A stretch of DNA of 36,280 bases from Candidatus Heimdallarchaeota archaeon (GTDB taxonomy: Archaea > Asgardarchaeota > Wukongarchaeia > Wukongarchaeales > JBHIFL01). The position numbers were made by a program, and so were the translations under genes. Shown piece after piece: positions 18,598 to 28,552 of the stretch. The stretch spans positions 1-36,280 of the forward strand of contig JBHIFL010000045.1 of NCBI GenBank assembly GCA_046761065.1, given 5' to 3'. The notes beneath the pieces are model-generated. The model made no database searches. It was not told where the DNA came from and worked only from the letters and a program-made list of their open reading frames with translations. Each line of letters starts with the position of its first letter. The stretch's first letter is position 1.

Positions 18598-20766
18598 TTA
18601 GGGGTCAATTAAAAGTTTTAATTGAATTTGGGTTTTCATCCCAGGTGATAAGTTGAGTTCAAAAAGTGGATAGAGGCCAGTTCCTTGATATAAAGATTCC
18701 CAACCCAGTTCGCTCTTTGCTTTTGATTCTACATTTATTAAAAAAAGTTGAGTCTCTTGTTTAAGTTGGATCTTTACAGTGACTCCGTTCTCCGGATCGG
18801 AGCTGGAAAAATGTTTACCAGATAAAACCTGATTTTTAAAGAGGTCAATGGAAGATGTGTCAATGGAAGCGTCAACTTTCGTAGGATCTCCAGTCATTAT
18901 AAAATTAATTTCCGGTACAAAAGTAGCTTGCAATGGCTTTTCATTTTCAAGATTTGCGATAATATCATAAGTGACAGAAATCTCTCGTGAATCCGCTTTT
19001 ATCACTATTTCTTTTGTCAAGTTGAGTACACAAGCCTTTACACTCCCTTGTTTTGTTAATATGGTTCTTGCAATCTCATTCTGCACTTCACAGAGAACGA
19101 CCTCATACGTCGCCGTAGTAAAGTCGCCCCATTCTTGAAAAGTATCATCAATTATTTGATGAAGGGATGTATCTGAGGGAATGAAATGATCCCGGAATGC
19201 GGTTCGTCTCCATCGATCTTGTACCATTTTGGTGGATTCATCATGATACGCTTCCATTCGACGAGTCAATACAGTGAGGATATTGTACGCGGACTGTTTC
19301 TGATCTATTTCGTAGATAGAGCCTCCATCGTGTGGTTTAATGAAAACTGCCAGGTCATCATTTTGGAGGACGATCTCATCATTCCCATCTTTCTCGACAT
19401 CTTCTTTAATCAGCTGTACAGGTTTTAGTGTCCCCTGTTCTTTGAGAATTTGCTCAGCTATCTTTTGCGCTGTAATTGTGTGTTTGAAGGCAGCATGCCT
19501 TAAGAAGATATAGTAAACTCCTGCAAATAAGCCATGCCAGTATATATCATTGCATTCTGCTTTATAGATCTCTTTCCATGCTTTGTTGATTGTTTGTGTT
19601 TTGCCAACCAGTTTTTCCGCTTGTTTCACGATTTTTCGTCCAAACATCACCCGTTTATGAATCGTGTTACTTTCTGGATACTTCACAAGGAAATTTCGCC
19701 AAAAGGTGCCTTTGGAAAATTGAAGAACTTCTTTATTCCTTGCTATTTTACTACCATCTAAGAACGTAGAATACACTCGATTCATCGATGCATCTTCAAG
19801 TAAAGTTTCAAGTCGTCGACGGGATTCGGTTGGCAAAGCCCAGACTTCCATTCGATCGTAACTCGCGTTTGGGAGATAGATTAACTTCTTTGGGCGATGG
19901 TGCCTAAGATACTCGTGGGGAGAGATAGATACGACCCAATCCAAGATTTCAATAAACGTGAACCATTTATCCAACCATGGTAAGCCATCATAGCCTGTTA
20001 CATAACAAACATCGTGTGTGGAACGTCCATCCTCTGCAGGCCAAATTCCCATCTTTTCAGCGTCGCTAATAATGAAAACAAGGCGTGAATCGTCATATAC
20101 ATTACGAAGGGAGGAGAGATACTCAAATGTTTGAGTCGCTGGTTTCCATGGTATCAGATACCGAATTTTTTCATTGATAGGCATAACAGTCACTTGAGCG
20201 CCTTGTTCTTCCGTGGTAAAGGCGTGAAGGACTTCTTCTTCGTCAAACCCGCAGATCCGCACATGGTAGTCGTCGATCATAACATACTCAATGTGTGCTT
20301 CTTCAAAGATTTTAGGGAGGTGAGGTTCCCAGACACGTTCTGCTAGCCAAAACCCATGGATATCTGTTCCAAACAGGTCATGGGCGTAATCACGCATCAT
20401 CTGGATTTGAGCTAGTTTATCTTCATCGGGGATAATCGGAAGAATCGCTTCATAGAAGGCTCCCCCAATAAGTTCTAATTGATTATGTTTGGTTAAATTA
20501 GCCAACTGATCCAGATACTCCGGTTGTTTATTCTCCAACCATTCAAGAACTGGACCACTGAGATGAATTCCCACTTTTACAGAAGGATGGCGTTTAATGC
20601 ATTGCAACAAAGGTTTGTATGATTGTTCAAAAGCATGTTCGAAGACCCACTCGAAATTATCGACTGGTTGATGGAAATGAAATACTATAGGGAGAAATAT
20701 CTCCCCTTCGCTTACTTTAAGCTGCATACTTTCCTTTAAAACCTGGTCCATTACTTTTTGGAGCAT
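18598..20766 (-). CDS. GH57 4-alpha-glucanotransferase / alpha-amylase (with DUF1925/DUF1926-type C-terminal domains)
   Basis: HFHQP, nucleophile WLAERVW, acid/base SDAEKMG, SYDRMEVWALP, WRNFLVKYPESN, CNDIYWHGLFAG and C-terminal SELGWESLYQG. Confidence 0.92.
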   Translation of the reverse strand: MLQKVMDQVLKESMQLKVSEGEIFLPIVFHFHQPVDNFEWVFEHAFEQSYKPLLQCIKRHPSVKVGIHLSGPVLEWLENKQPEYLDQLANLTKHNQLELIGGAFYEAILPIIPDEDKLAQIQMMRDYAHDLFGTDIHGFWLAERVWEPHLPKIFEEAHIEYVMIDDYHVRICGFDEEEVLHAFTTEEQGAQVTVMPINEKIRYLIPWKPATQTFEYLSSLRNVYDDSRLVFIISDAEKMGIWPAEDGRSTHDVCYVTGYDGLPWLDKWFTFIEILDWVVSISPHEYLRHHRPKKLIYLPNASYDRMEVWALPTESRRRLETLLEDASMNRVYSTFLDGSKIARNKEVLQFSKGTFWRNFLVKYPESNTIHKRVMFGRKIVKQAEKLVGKTQTINKAWKEIYKAECNDIYWHGLFAGVYYIFLRHAAFKHTITAQKIAEQILKEQGTLKPVQLIKEDVEKDGNDEIVLQNDDLAVFIKPHDGGSIYEIDQKQSAYNILTVLTRRMEAYHDESTKMVQDRWRRTAFRDHFIPSDTSLHQIIDDTFQEWGDFTTATYEVVLCEVQNEIARTILTKQGSVKACVLNLTKEIVIKADSREISVTYDIIANLENEKPLQATFVPEINFIMTGDPTKVDASIDTSSIDLFKNQVLSGKHFSSSDPENGVTVKIQLKQETQLFLINVESKAKSELGWESLYQGTGLYPLFELNLSPGMKTQIQLKLLIDP

Positions 20767-20913
20767 TTTAATTCACACTTTTTTGCAATACCTCACAAAG
20801 GATGGTTCTGTTTCTCAAGGAGGGTATGATTCTGTTGAATTGAAGTTATAAGCATCTGAAAGCTATTTATTGGATATATATCACTTAAAAAAGCGATATT
20901 TACTTCTGATCTT

Positions 20914-22380
20914 TTATTTCGCTGTAATATCTTTAAGAAAATTCAGCCAAAAGGTCTTCACCGCATATTCCCATGTGATTGTATCTCTTAGTTTTTTGGC
21001 CTCGTTTCTCTTTTCAGTAAGAAAATCTGGCTCTAAAAATTGTCTCAACGCAAATGAAAGGGCTCCAATTTCTTCCGGAAGGATCGAAACGATGCCCTTT
21101 TTATCTGGATAGTATTCAGTCATCCCGGATCGCGGATATCCATCCTTTGTTCGTTGTTCTGATACGATTGTAGGAGTTCCACAGGCAGTGGCCTCGAGTT
21201 GGATGATCCCACTGGGTTCATAGCTGGAATTTCCCACAAAAACAGTCACATTTGAAAGAATATCAATTTTAGGCATCCAGAAGGCAAAGAGGACCATATC
21301 ATATGGAACAAAGTCATAAGTCTCAAGAACCTGTTTGAATTGCTCGCGACTTGGTTTGTGGGTGCAGATTGTAGTTGTATCAATTGTTACCCTGGAATCA
21401 AGTTCTACAGGTCGTTTTGGAGCCATTACAAGAATATTCTTGTCCACTGAATGTTTTTTCACAAGAGATTGTACATATGAATTGAAACCTAAGGCAACAA
21501 ATGCCCTATACTCGAATGGCAGCTCAGAAAATAACTGGGTCAAACCTTTCTCTGGGACAGGTCTCCCTATCCAAACACACGTTCCTATCTTTCCTCGCAC
21601 TAGATTAATTTGGATTTTTTCGTTAGGCACTGACATGAATTCGTCCGTTGGAATTCCATTGGGAGCTCTGAACTTGTTACCTTCCGGCAAGTCATATGCT
21701 AATGTATAATGGTTGAGCATCGCATTGGATACTGAAAGTAATGCATCAATTTTTCCTTCTTTAAATCGATCAAAGATACTAACTTCTCTTAAATGTCGGA
21801 AATCATCTTTAACGGCTTGTTTCGCTTTCACTTTCAGTGTGCTAGTGGGAACGTTTCGGTTTTCACTAAGTAAATACCCTAGATGGGCGCCTAAGGCTTC
21901 ATTGTGGACTTCGTAGACGATTTTCATCCCGACAGCTTTCAATTGGTTAAGAGTTCTCATTACCGCTGGTTCGGTGAAATGATCATGCGCAATCATTACA
22001 GTAGGGAATTCCGAGGAGAGATGAGTGCGTCCTTCTCTCACTTCTCTCATGAAATTGATGACTTTTTTAGAGATCTTTTCAAAATAAGCTGCCAGCGAAT
22101 GTATTGCGGCTTCCTCTTGTTCTTTTCCTCTGGGATAGACCTGATCAGGGTTATAAGGATCTCTCAGAATTATTTGATTTCTTTTATACTCTTCTGAGGG
22201 GTAACCACGCCCTATTTGAAGAATAAACCATCGGTACTTTGCCAGTTTGGCAGGGACATAGGTTGAAACTTGTCCTAATCCTCCAACAACATTGTGTGGG
22301 GTTTCTGGGCATAACCAAATGATGAGTCCTAGGTGATTTTCTGTAATTTTTTCAATTAAGGCTGTATCAAGAGCTTTCAT
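20914..22380 (-). CDS. GT4 family glycosyltransferase, candidate glycogen/alpha-glucan synthase
   Basis: ETPHNVVGGLG N-terminal loop, AHDH, PNGI, GRPVPEKG and YEPSGIIQLEATACGTP (ExxxxxxxE). Adjacent to GH57. Confidence 0.82.
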   Translation of the reverse strand: MKALDTALIEKITENHLGLIIWLCPETPHNVVGGLGQVSTYVPAKLAKYRWFILQIGRGYPSEEYKRNQIILRDPYNPDQVYPRGKEQEEAAIHSLAAYFEKISKKVINFMREVREGRTHLSSEFPTVMIAHDHFTEPAVMRTLNQLKAVGMKIVYEVHNEALGAHLGYLLSENRNVPTSTLKVKAKQAVKDDFRHLREVSIFDRFKEGKIDALLSVSNAMLNHYTLAYDLPEGNKFRAPNGIPTDEFMSVPNEKIQINLVRGKIGTCVWIGRPVPEKGLTQLFSELPFEYRAFVALGFNSYVQSLVKKHSVDKNILVMAPKRPVELDSRVTIDTTTICTHKPSREQFKQVLETYDFVPYDMVLFAFWMPKIDILSNVTVFVGNSSYEPSGIIQLEATACGTPTIVSEQRTKDGYPRSGMTEYYPDKKGIVSILPEEIGALSFALRQFLEPDFLTEKRNEAKKLRDTITWEYAVKTFWLNFLKDITAK

Positions 22381-22641
22381 TCAAAATGCCTCTCTTTACT
22401 TACATTTCGCGACTTAATTCTAACTACAAATTCAAGTAAAACATCCACTTTTTTGCCTTGAGAATGCAAGTAATATTCTTTGTTTGGGTGGCTGAATAAT
22501 ACATACAGGAACTTTGAATTTGTTTGTTTAAACATAGATCACCCAAAAGGCTTTAATTCGTAATCCTTCTATAATATAGTATAAAGAGAATGCACAACAG
22601 AATTTTAAGCAGGTTCCGCATTCTGAACCAAGAGGAAAAAA

Positions 22642-23802
22642 ATGAGTCAGATTAGAGCCATTGTGCTCGCTGGTGGAACAGGTAAGAGGCTTCAGCCGAT
22701 GACACTCACCCGCCCTAAACCCCTACTTTTAGTAGCTAATTATCCAATGATCAATTTTTCTCTTTGGAGTCTAAAACGAGCTGGAATTGAAGACGTTATT
22801 CTAGTTGTTAAATATTTGGGAGACCAAATCCGTGAGTATATCGGGGATGGCAAGGAATTCGGCCTGAATATTGAGATTCCTGATATTGATCCACAAGATA
22901 CCGCCGATGCTGTGAGAAAAACGGCCTATCTGCTTGAAGGAGGGGAGGATTTCATTGTAACGATGGCTGACTTAGTGACGAATATAGACCTCAAAACCTT
23001 TATCACGTTTCACAAAAATAAGGGTGGCATAGGATCAATCGCCCTCAAAAACGTCCCGGATCCTCTTCAATTTGGGGTCATTATGTTAGACGATGAGCAG
23101 AAGATTATCCTTTTTCTAGAAAAACCAATACCTCAAGAATTGTATGTTACCTCCCTAACCTTCTCCCGCCGTCAATCGGTTTATCTTCATTTAAATTTAA
23201 TCAATTCTGGGATTTATGTGTTCACACACAAACTATTAGACATTCTTGATTCTAATGCGAATCTGATGGATTTTGGAAAGCATGTTTTCCCTTACCTTTT
23301 GAGGGAAAATTATGATATTTTCGGGTTTGTACTTCCTGATCACACGTACTGGATGGATTGTGGGACTCCTCAGAAAGTCTTGTGGGCTAATTGGGATGTT
23401 GTCCGAAGATATGCATGGCCATACTTACCGAAAGGGGAGGAACGTGATGGGTCGTGGTGGGGTAAAAACATAGAATTGGGAAAATCATCTCAGATAAACG
23501 CTCCTGTTGTTATCGGAAACGATGTCAAAATTGGTGAAGGAGTTGTAATTTCTAAACATACCACAATTGCCGATTATTGTAATATCGGGAACAATTCAAA
23601 GATCAATGCTGCAGTGCTATGGAATCGGGTGACTATTGGAACAAATACTCGATGCAGTAAGTGTGTTATTTGCGAGAATGTTACTATAGGAGACAATGTC
23701 GAAATAGAAGAGAATGTAGTTGTTGGAGCAGGTAGTCAAGTGAATAACGGCACCAGAATCGAGCCTAACATACTGATTGCCCCAAATTCCATTATTGATT
23801 GA
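22642..23802 (+). CDS. NDP-sugar pyrophosphorylase (sugar-1-phosphate nucleotidyltransferase with hexapeptide C-terminal domain)
   Basis: LAGGTGKRLQPMT..PKPL, DTADAV, FLEKP, INSGIY, DFGKHVFP and YWMDCGT motifs, plus left-handed beta-helix repeats. Confidence 0.92.
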   Translation: MSQIRAIVLAGGTGKRLQPMTLTRPKPLLLVANYPMINFSLWSLKRAGIEDVILVVKYLGDQIREYIGDGKEFGLNIEIPDIDPQDTADAVRKTAYLLEGGEDFIVTMADLVTNIDLKTFITFHKNKGGIGSIALKNVPDPLQFGVIMLDDEQKIILFLEKPIPQELYVTSLTFSRRQSVYLHLNLINSGIYVFTHKLLDILDSNANLMDFGKHVFPYLLRENYDIFGFVLPDHTYWMDCGTPQKVLWANWDVVRRYAWPYLPKGEERDGSWWGKNIELGKSSQINAPVVIGNDVKIGEGVVISKHTTIADYCNIGNNSKINAAVLWNRVTIGTNTRCSKCVICENVTIGDNVEIEENVVVGAGSQVNNGTRIEPNILIAPNSIID

Positions 23803-23818
23803 GAAAAGAGAGTTAAAA

Positions 23819-25195
23819 ATGAAGAATATAATCGTAGGAGACCGATTAGTAGGTAAAACCAATAAGGAACTTACCCCTGATTTCGCACTGCAAATTGGGG
23901 TTGCATTAGGCACATATTTGGGTAAAAATAGCACAATAATTACTTCACGAGATTTTCGAACAGATTCAAGAATGCTTAAGCGCGCCCTAACCGCTGGCCT
24001 GATGGCAGCAGGTGTTAATACCATAGATTTTCATGCCGCAATTACCCCAATTACCCAATTTGCCATAAAACGTTTCGGAGCAAACGCAGGAGTTGCAATA
24101 ACAAGCGGTCATGGTCCCCAAGACCACATTACAATCCGAATTTTCGATTCTACCGGGGTTGAATGGTCAATAAAGCAACTTAAACAAATTTCCCAGATTT
24201 GGAATCAAAACAAAGTTTATCGTGCATGTCCGGAGGAAATTGGGCAGCTCTCATATGTTCCTGACGTACCCACAATCTATCAAACAGCGTTAAACCGATA
24301 TATAAACATCAATAAAATCGCTAAATCACGATTCCGAGTTGTTCTTGACTGTGCTCTCGGTCCAGCCTCTATCATCGCGCCTAGCTTATATTCTAAAGCC
24401 GGTTGTGATGTAATCGCCCTCAATAGTTACCAACCTGCTCAAATCGCTGAGGTGCTTCCGAACACGGCATCTGTACGGAAAGTATCTCAAACCATCATTG
24501 CAACCAACGCGGATGTTGGAATCATGTTTGATGTGGAAGGAAACAGAGTCGTTTTTATGGATAGTTATGGAAATTTTATTACACCGGATTATATGGCAAC
24601 TCTCTTTCTCCAAAAAAAGGTATCACGACGAAAAGGCATAATTGCAGTCAGCAACTCGGTTTCACGTTCTATAGAGCAAATTATTGAAAATAAAGATGGG
24701 CCACAAATAGAACGGGTGGTTGCTACCCCCGGAACCATAGCAAGTTGCCTTCGCGATGCTCACGGCCTATTTGGCGCGAGTGATCAGGGGGAATATATGT
24801 TTCCCGCCTTTTCGCTGGAAAGTGATGGGATTCTGGCTTCGCTAATGTTACTCGAAATACTTGCAAGTGAAGAAACATCTCTATCAGAACTTCTAACAGA
24901 TATCCCACGATTTCCCGTCGTCCGATATGATTTCCCATGCCATGAAGATGAACTAGCACAAGTGATTAACAAGATTCGTAATACCGATTACGAAAATGCG
25001 TATTCGGTCAATACTTTAGTTGGTGTCAAATTAGTCTTTCCTAAGTGGGGGTGGGTTCATATTCGACCCAGTTTAAAACGTGACACTTTAGTACTTTCAG
25101 CTGAAGCAGAAGAATTCTCTAACACCGATACGCTTTTGAAAAAAGCAGAAGAATATGTACGTGTGGTACTGAACGAATTACGTTCAAAACCTTAA
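23819..25195 (+). CDS. Alpha-D-phosphohexomutase (PGM/PMM)-like protein with degenerate catalytic motifs
   Basis: ELTPDFA, SRDFRTDSRMLKRA, VVLDCALG, DGI and GWVHIRPS motifs. The phospho-Ser loop reads TSGHGP and the metal loop DVEGNR. Start taken at ATG 23819. Confidence 0.85.
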   Translation: MKNIIVGDRLVGKTNKELTPDFALQIGVALGTYLGKNSTIITSRDFRTDSRMLKRALTAGLMAAGVNTIDFHAAITPITQFAIKRFGANAGVAITSGHGPQDHITIRIFDSTGVEWSIKQLKQISQIWNQNKVYRACPEEIGQLSYVPDVPTIYQTALNRYININKIAKSRFRVVLDCALGPASIIAPSLYSKAGCDVIALNSYQPAQIAEVLPNTASVRKVSQTIIATNADVGIMFDVEGNRVVFMDSYGNFITPDYMATLFLQKKVSRRKGIIAVSNSVSRSIEQIIENKDGPQIERVVATPGTIASCLRDAHGLFGASDQGEYMFPAFSLESDGILASLMLLEILASEETSLSELLTDIPRFPVVRYDFPCHEDELAQVINKIRNTDYENAYSVNTLVGVKLVFPKWGWVHIRPSLKRDTLVLSAEAEEFSNTDTLLKKAEEYVRVVLNELRSKP

Positions 25196-25265
25196 AAGTG
25201 AAATAATAACCACAAAAATCTGAAGATTTTGAGGAGTTAAAGTAAACAATTGCTCTTGACACAAA

Positions 25266-26945
25266 CTAGAATACTTTTATAATACCTTCTGGTACGAATC
25301 TAACCTCTTCATCCTCCCAAGCAGGTCCTTTTACTTTTAAATTTAACCCATTGATCCTTTTATATCCAGGATTCATTGCCTTTAAATCAAGTTTCACATC
25401 AAATGATTCCCCGGGAGCTATATTTCCAATTTTTTGGTCTTTTACTTGCCTTAAATCATCCGAGAATACAAGATCAGAAATTTTAGAACAGAATTGAACA
25501 TTTTTAAGTGCTTCTTCCTCTTGATTTGTTATCTTAACATTAATAGTGAATGTTTCCCCCACTCTACATCTATTGGGATGAGTGAACTCTATCTTAACAT
25601 TGTTGAATGAAGGATAAAACACAATCGAGTCCGATAGAGAATATATCTTCTGGATACCATCCTCAAGATACTCTATCATTACTTCAATTATGAGTTCTTC
25701 CTGAACTGGATATCTCGTTAGCTCCAATAAGTATAGTACTTCGATGGGTTCTTGCAGTGAAAAGCCCCGTGGGATATTAAATTTTTTTATTACCCTTAAA
25801 ATCGATTTTTTCTTGACTGTAATATCTCTAATAATGATTACTTTGTGCCTAGGAGGTTTGATAAAGATTTTCAAGGTAAATGGCTTCTTCGGTTCCACGA
25901 AATAAGCTATCTCTGACCGTGCAATTAATCTATTAGAAATTAGGAGGTAACAAATAAAAACACTGAGAGGCGCCCCCAGCGCTGCAATTCGGAGTACTAA
26001 TACTGAGAGATTTCCTAAAAGAACAGAAGGGATAGCTCCAAAGCCTATTCATAGGCTAAAACTTCCAGTTAGAATGCAGAAAAAGCTTATAAACCCAAGT
26101 AGGGACGTCATTATGAGGCGGAAAAGCGTTCCTCGTTTTGGTGTACTAGGATATGTTCTAGGCTTCCAATAGATTTCCGAGAGAAATTCTGAGGGAAGTG
26201 CGAAGCAAACAGAACATGAAAGTACATCTTCATCTAAATTTTTAAAGGGACCTCCGTTACCTGTCAACCAGATCGTGTCCATTAACAGAAAGAGGGGGCT
26301 AAGTATGAATACTATCATTATAAGCGTTAATAATTGATCAAATTGATCTAGAGGATTAATTAGCCCTGACCTTCTTCTATGGGTGTCAAGAAAGTCAAGA
26401 AAAACGATACTAAAGTACCCTAAATAGTAAATCAGAACGAGTCCTGCGTTGATCGAGTATGCAAGGCGATGCGTCTTAACAATTTCTGACGGAAATATCA
26501 TCGCAACAAGCATCACAACTCCATACCAACAAAGAATTAAAGCCAAAAAATAGATTAAAGCACATAGTGATCCAGAAATAACAGGTATATAAGATTCAGA
26601 AAGCCCAAGAACTCCCAAGAAGTTAACAAATAATGGATTCAAAAATACTCTTATTGCCCAGTAAGATAAGTAAATCGTTGAGAGGAGTAAGCCTGCGAGT
26701 ATCATTCTTACTTGTTTCTTCAGTATTCCTCCTAGGATGAACACTATTATGCCGAGGCCAATATATGATAGAAGGATTGCATATCCTATTCTTTCAGGAA
26801 GCGATAAAGGCTCCCAAAAATGCCTTAGGAAACCTAAAACCACTAACCCCATCAGTAAGGGAAAAATTATTCCACCAACAAATACAAAAATCGGATGAAC
26901 TATTGTCTTTACTTCCTCTTCACGATTTCTATCCTGCTTTCCCAT
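25266..26945 (-). pseudogene. Polytopic membrane protein with two C-terminal beta-sandwich domains, interrupted by one in-frame TGA (26049-26051)
   Basis: ORFs 26049-26945 and 25266-25898 share a frame. The 50 codons between them are stop-free and hydrophobic (IGFGAIPSVLLGNLSVLVLRIAALGAPLSVFICYLLISNRLIARSEIAYF), giving 559 codons with a single TGA. Confidence 0.75.
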
Positions 26946-27119
26946 AGAACTTCCCTATCCGTAAGACATTGGTAGGCCAAAAGATTTTGATAGGGGTGAA
27001 AGGGCTCTTTATAAGGATCTAATATGTCTACTTGAACCCTGAGATTCATTAAATCGAGTATCCTCGCCTTAATTCTAATTCTCTGGATCTCTATAAACAT
27101 TTTCATTTTTTGCGCGCTG

Positions 27120-27530
27120 GCAGACTACTCCTAAGAGAGCGAAAAATCCCAGGACACCATGTTTTTGGACTTGATCGAAAAACCTGAATTTATTTGCAGC
27201 ACATCTTTAAAAGATGTAATGGTCACTCATTCGGGGTATGAGCACACCACGAATAATCTCGAGGAAGATTCTGTAGTAATTGTAAATCTCGTTGCTCACA
27301 CAAGGTCGAGGTATATTTGCTTATGGGTGGGCTGAACGAATTACAGATTCCTCCACAGATGATTTGGTAAATCACATAAATGCCGCAGACCAATAACAGA
27401 TGAATATACATCCCCCACTGACCTCAAATAAACAGAGAAGGGTGTATACGGTTTCGCAGGATATATCCCTAAAACAGTGTACTGCTCAGATAATGTGAAA
27501 AACGCAAGTGGGGTGTACCATCGAAAACTT
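27120..27530 (+). pseudogene. Possible decayed pyridoxamine-5'-phosphate-oxidase-like (FMN split barrel) gene
   Basis: Fragments HTTNNLEEDSVVIVNLVAH / QGRGIFAYGWAERITD / IPKTVY..NASG across frameshifts resemble the family pattern. Pattern recognition only. Confidence 0.25.
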
Positions 27531-27554
27531 ACTGCCAAGGTGGAGCTTGAGAGT

Positions 27555-27947
27555 TTAGAGTTTTCTTCGGATTATTAGATAAATAGTATCAATCAGCCCT
27601 GCAACGCCTATTATAAGCAGGAGTAAAGTCAAAAGGGACTGCCGGAACGTATAGTATCCCAGAACACCTAACGCCAGCACACAGAGCCTGTGGTAGATCG
27701 TAAGCTTCACCTGCTTACGATGTATGAGGGGAGCGATGAAGATCAGAAACAAGAACGCTCCACCCATTGCTTCTTCCCAGTCATTTACGCTGATACCATA
27801 TATCAGAAGGATAAGCCCTAGAACAGAACAGAAGGTGGTAAAGGGGGAATAGCGTTTCCATGTTGTTGTAGTTACGATGGATCCCTTAACGGACGAGTAT
27901 ACGATAACTGTTACTAAAAGGATGTAATCGACAAACCACCACTCCAT
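27555..27947 (-). CDS. Small hypothetical membrane protein (about 4-5 TM)
   Basis: 130-aa ATG ORF, strongly hydrophobic, basic C-terminus. GGAG SD-like motif upstream. Confidence 0.65.
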   Translation of the reverse strand: MEWWFVDYILLVTVIVYSSVKGSIVTTTTWKRYSPFTTFCSVLGLILLIYGISVNDWEEAMGGAFLFLIFIAPLIHRKQVKLTIYHRLCVLALGVLGYYTFRQSLLTLLLLIIGVAGLIDTIYLIIRRKL

Positions 27948-28212
27948 AATTCATTTCTCTTATACTCCTTAATAACCCTTTTTAATATAGCCACCTTACA
28001 GAAGGTTACAACTACGAGCGTAGTCATAACGGTAACAACAGCAATAGACGTAGAAATATATAGTTCCAATTCCCGCACCGATTGCAATTTATACGTTACC
28101 TCTTGTCAGACTGAAGTAGATGGCAAGGCACGCTACGAACCCCCCTGGCTATCGCGCATCCAAGAACTATTCCTATAGCGGCTCTACAGAGAAGGCACCG
28201 AAATGTGTACGT

Positions 28213-28437
28213 TTATCCATCCATCAAGACTCCAGTGCTGTGAAGAATTTCCCTGTCGTATTCTAGAAATTGTGCCCTCACCAGCCTGGAAAGGTGTTTA
28301 GTTTCTTTCTCCATGGTACGATAGCCCTGAGCAAGCTGGAAGAGGGTTTCATCCCCGCTCTTCTGGTAGATCTTCCCTACTTCCTTCGCTACTTTCCCTG
28401 AAATGGCATAATATGAATCTAATCTCTTTTTAAACAC
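28213..28437 (-). CDS. Hypothetical protein or gene fragment
   Basis: 74-aa helical-looking ORF in an otherwise gene-free gap. GTG start, no motif recognised. Confidence 0.3.
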   Translation of the reverse strand: MFKKRLDSYYAISGKVAKEVGKIYQKSGDETLFQLAQGYRTMEKETKHLSRLVRAQFLEYDREILHSTGVLMDG

Positions 28438-28552
28438 AAATGCTCTTATGCGAAGGGGCTAAATATTTGATTTTGGATTTTTTTCCATTTATAAATTTCC
28501 AAAGGTTTTTAGAACGCCCTATCTAAATATCTGTGTCCTAGGAGTAGCTAAG

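Noticed and set aside
25196-26051. Selenocysteine recoding of the UGA at 26049-26051
   Set aside because: The context is a hydrophobic segment with no redox motif. I see no SECIS-like structure in the short 3' region (25196-25265), only a weak AAAATC-TGAA-GATTTT hairpin.
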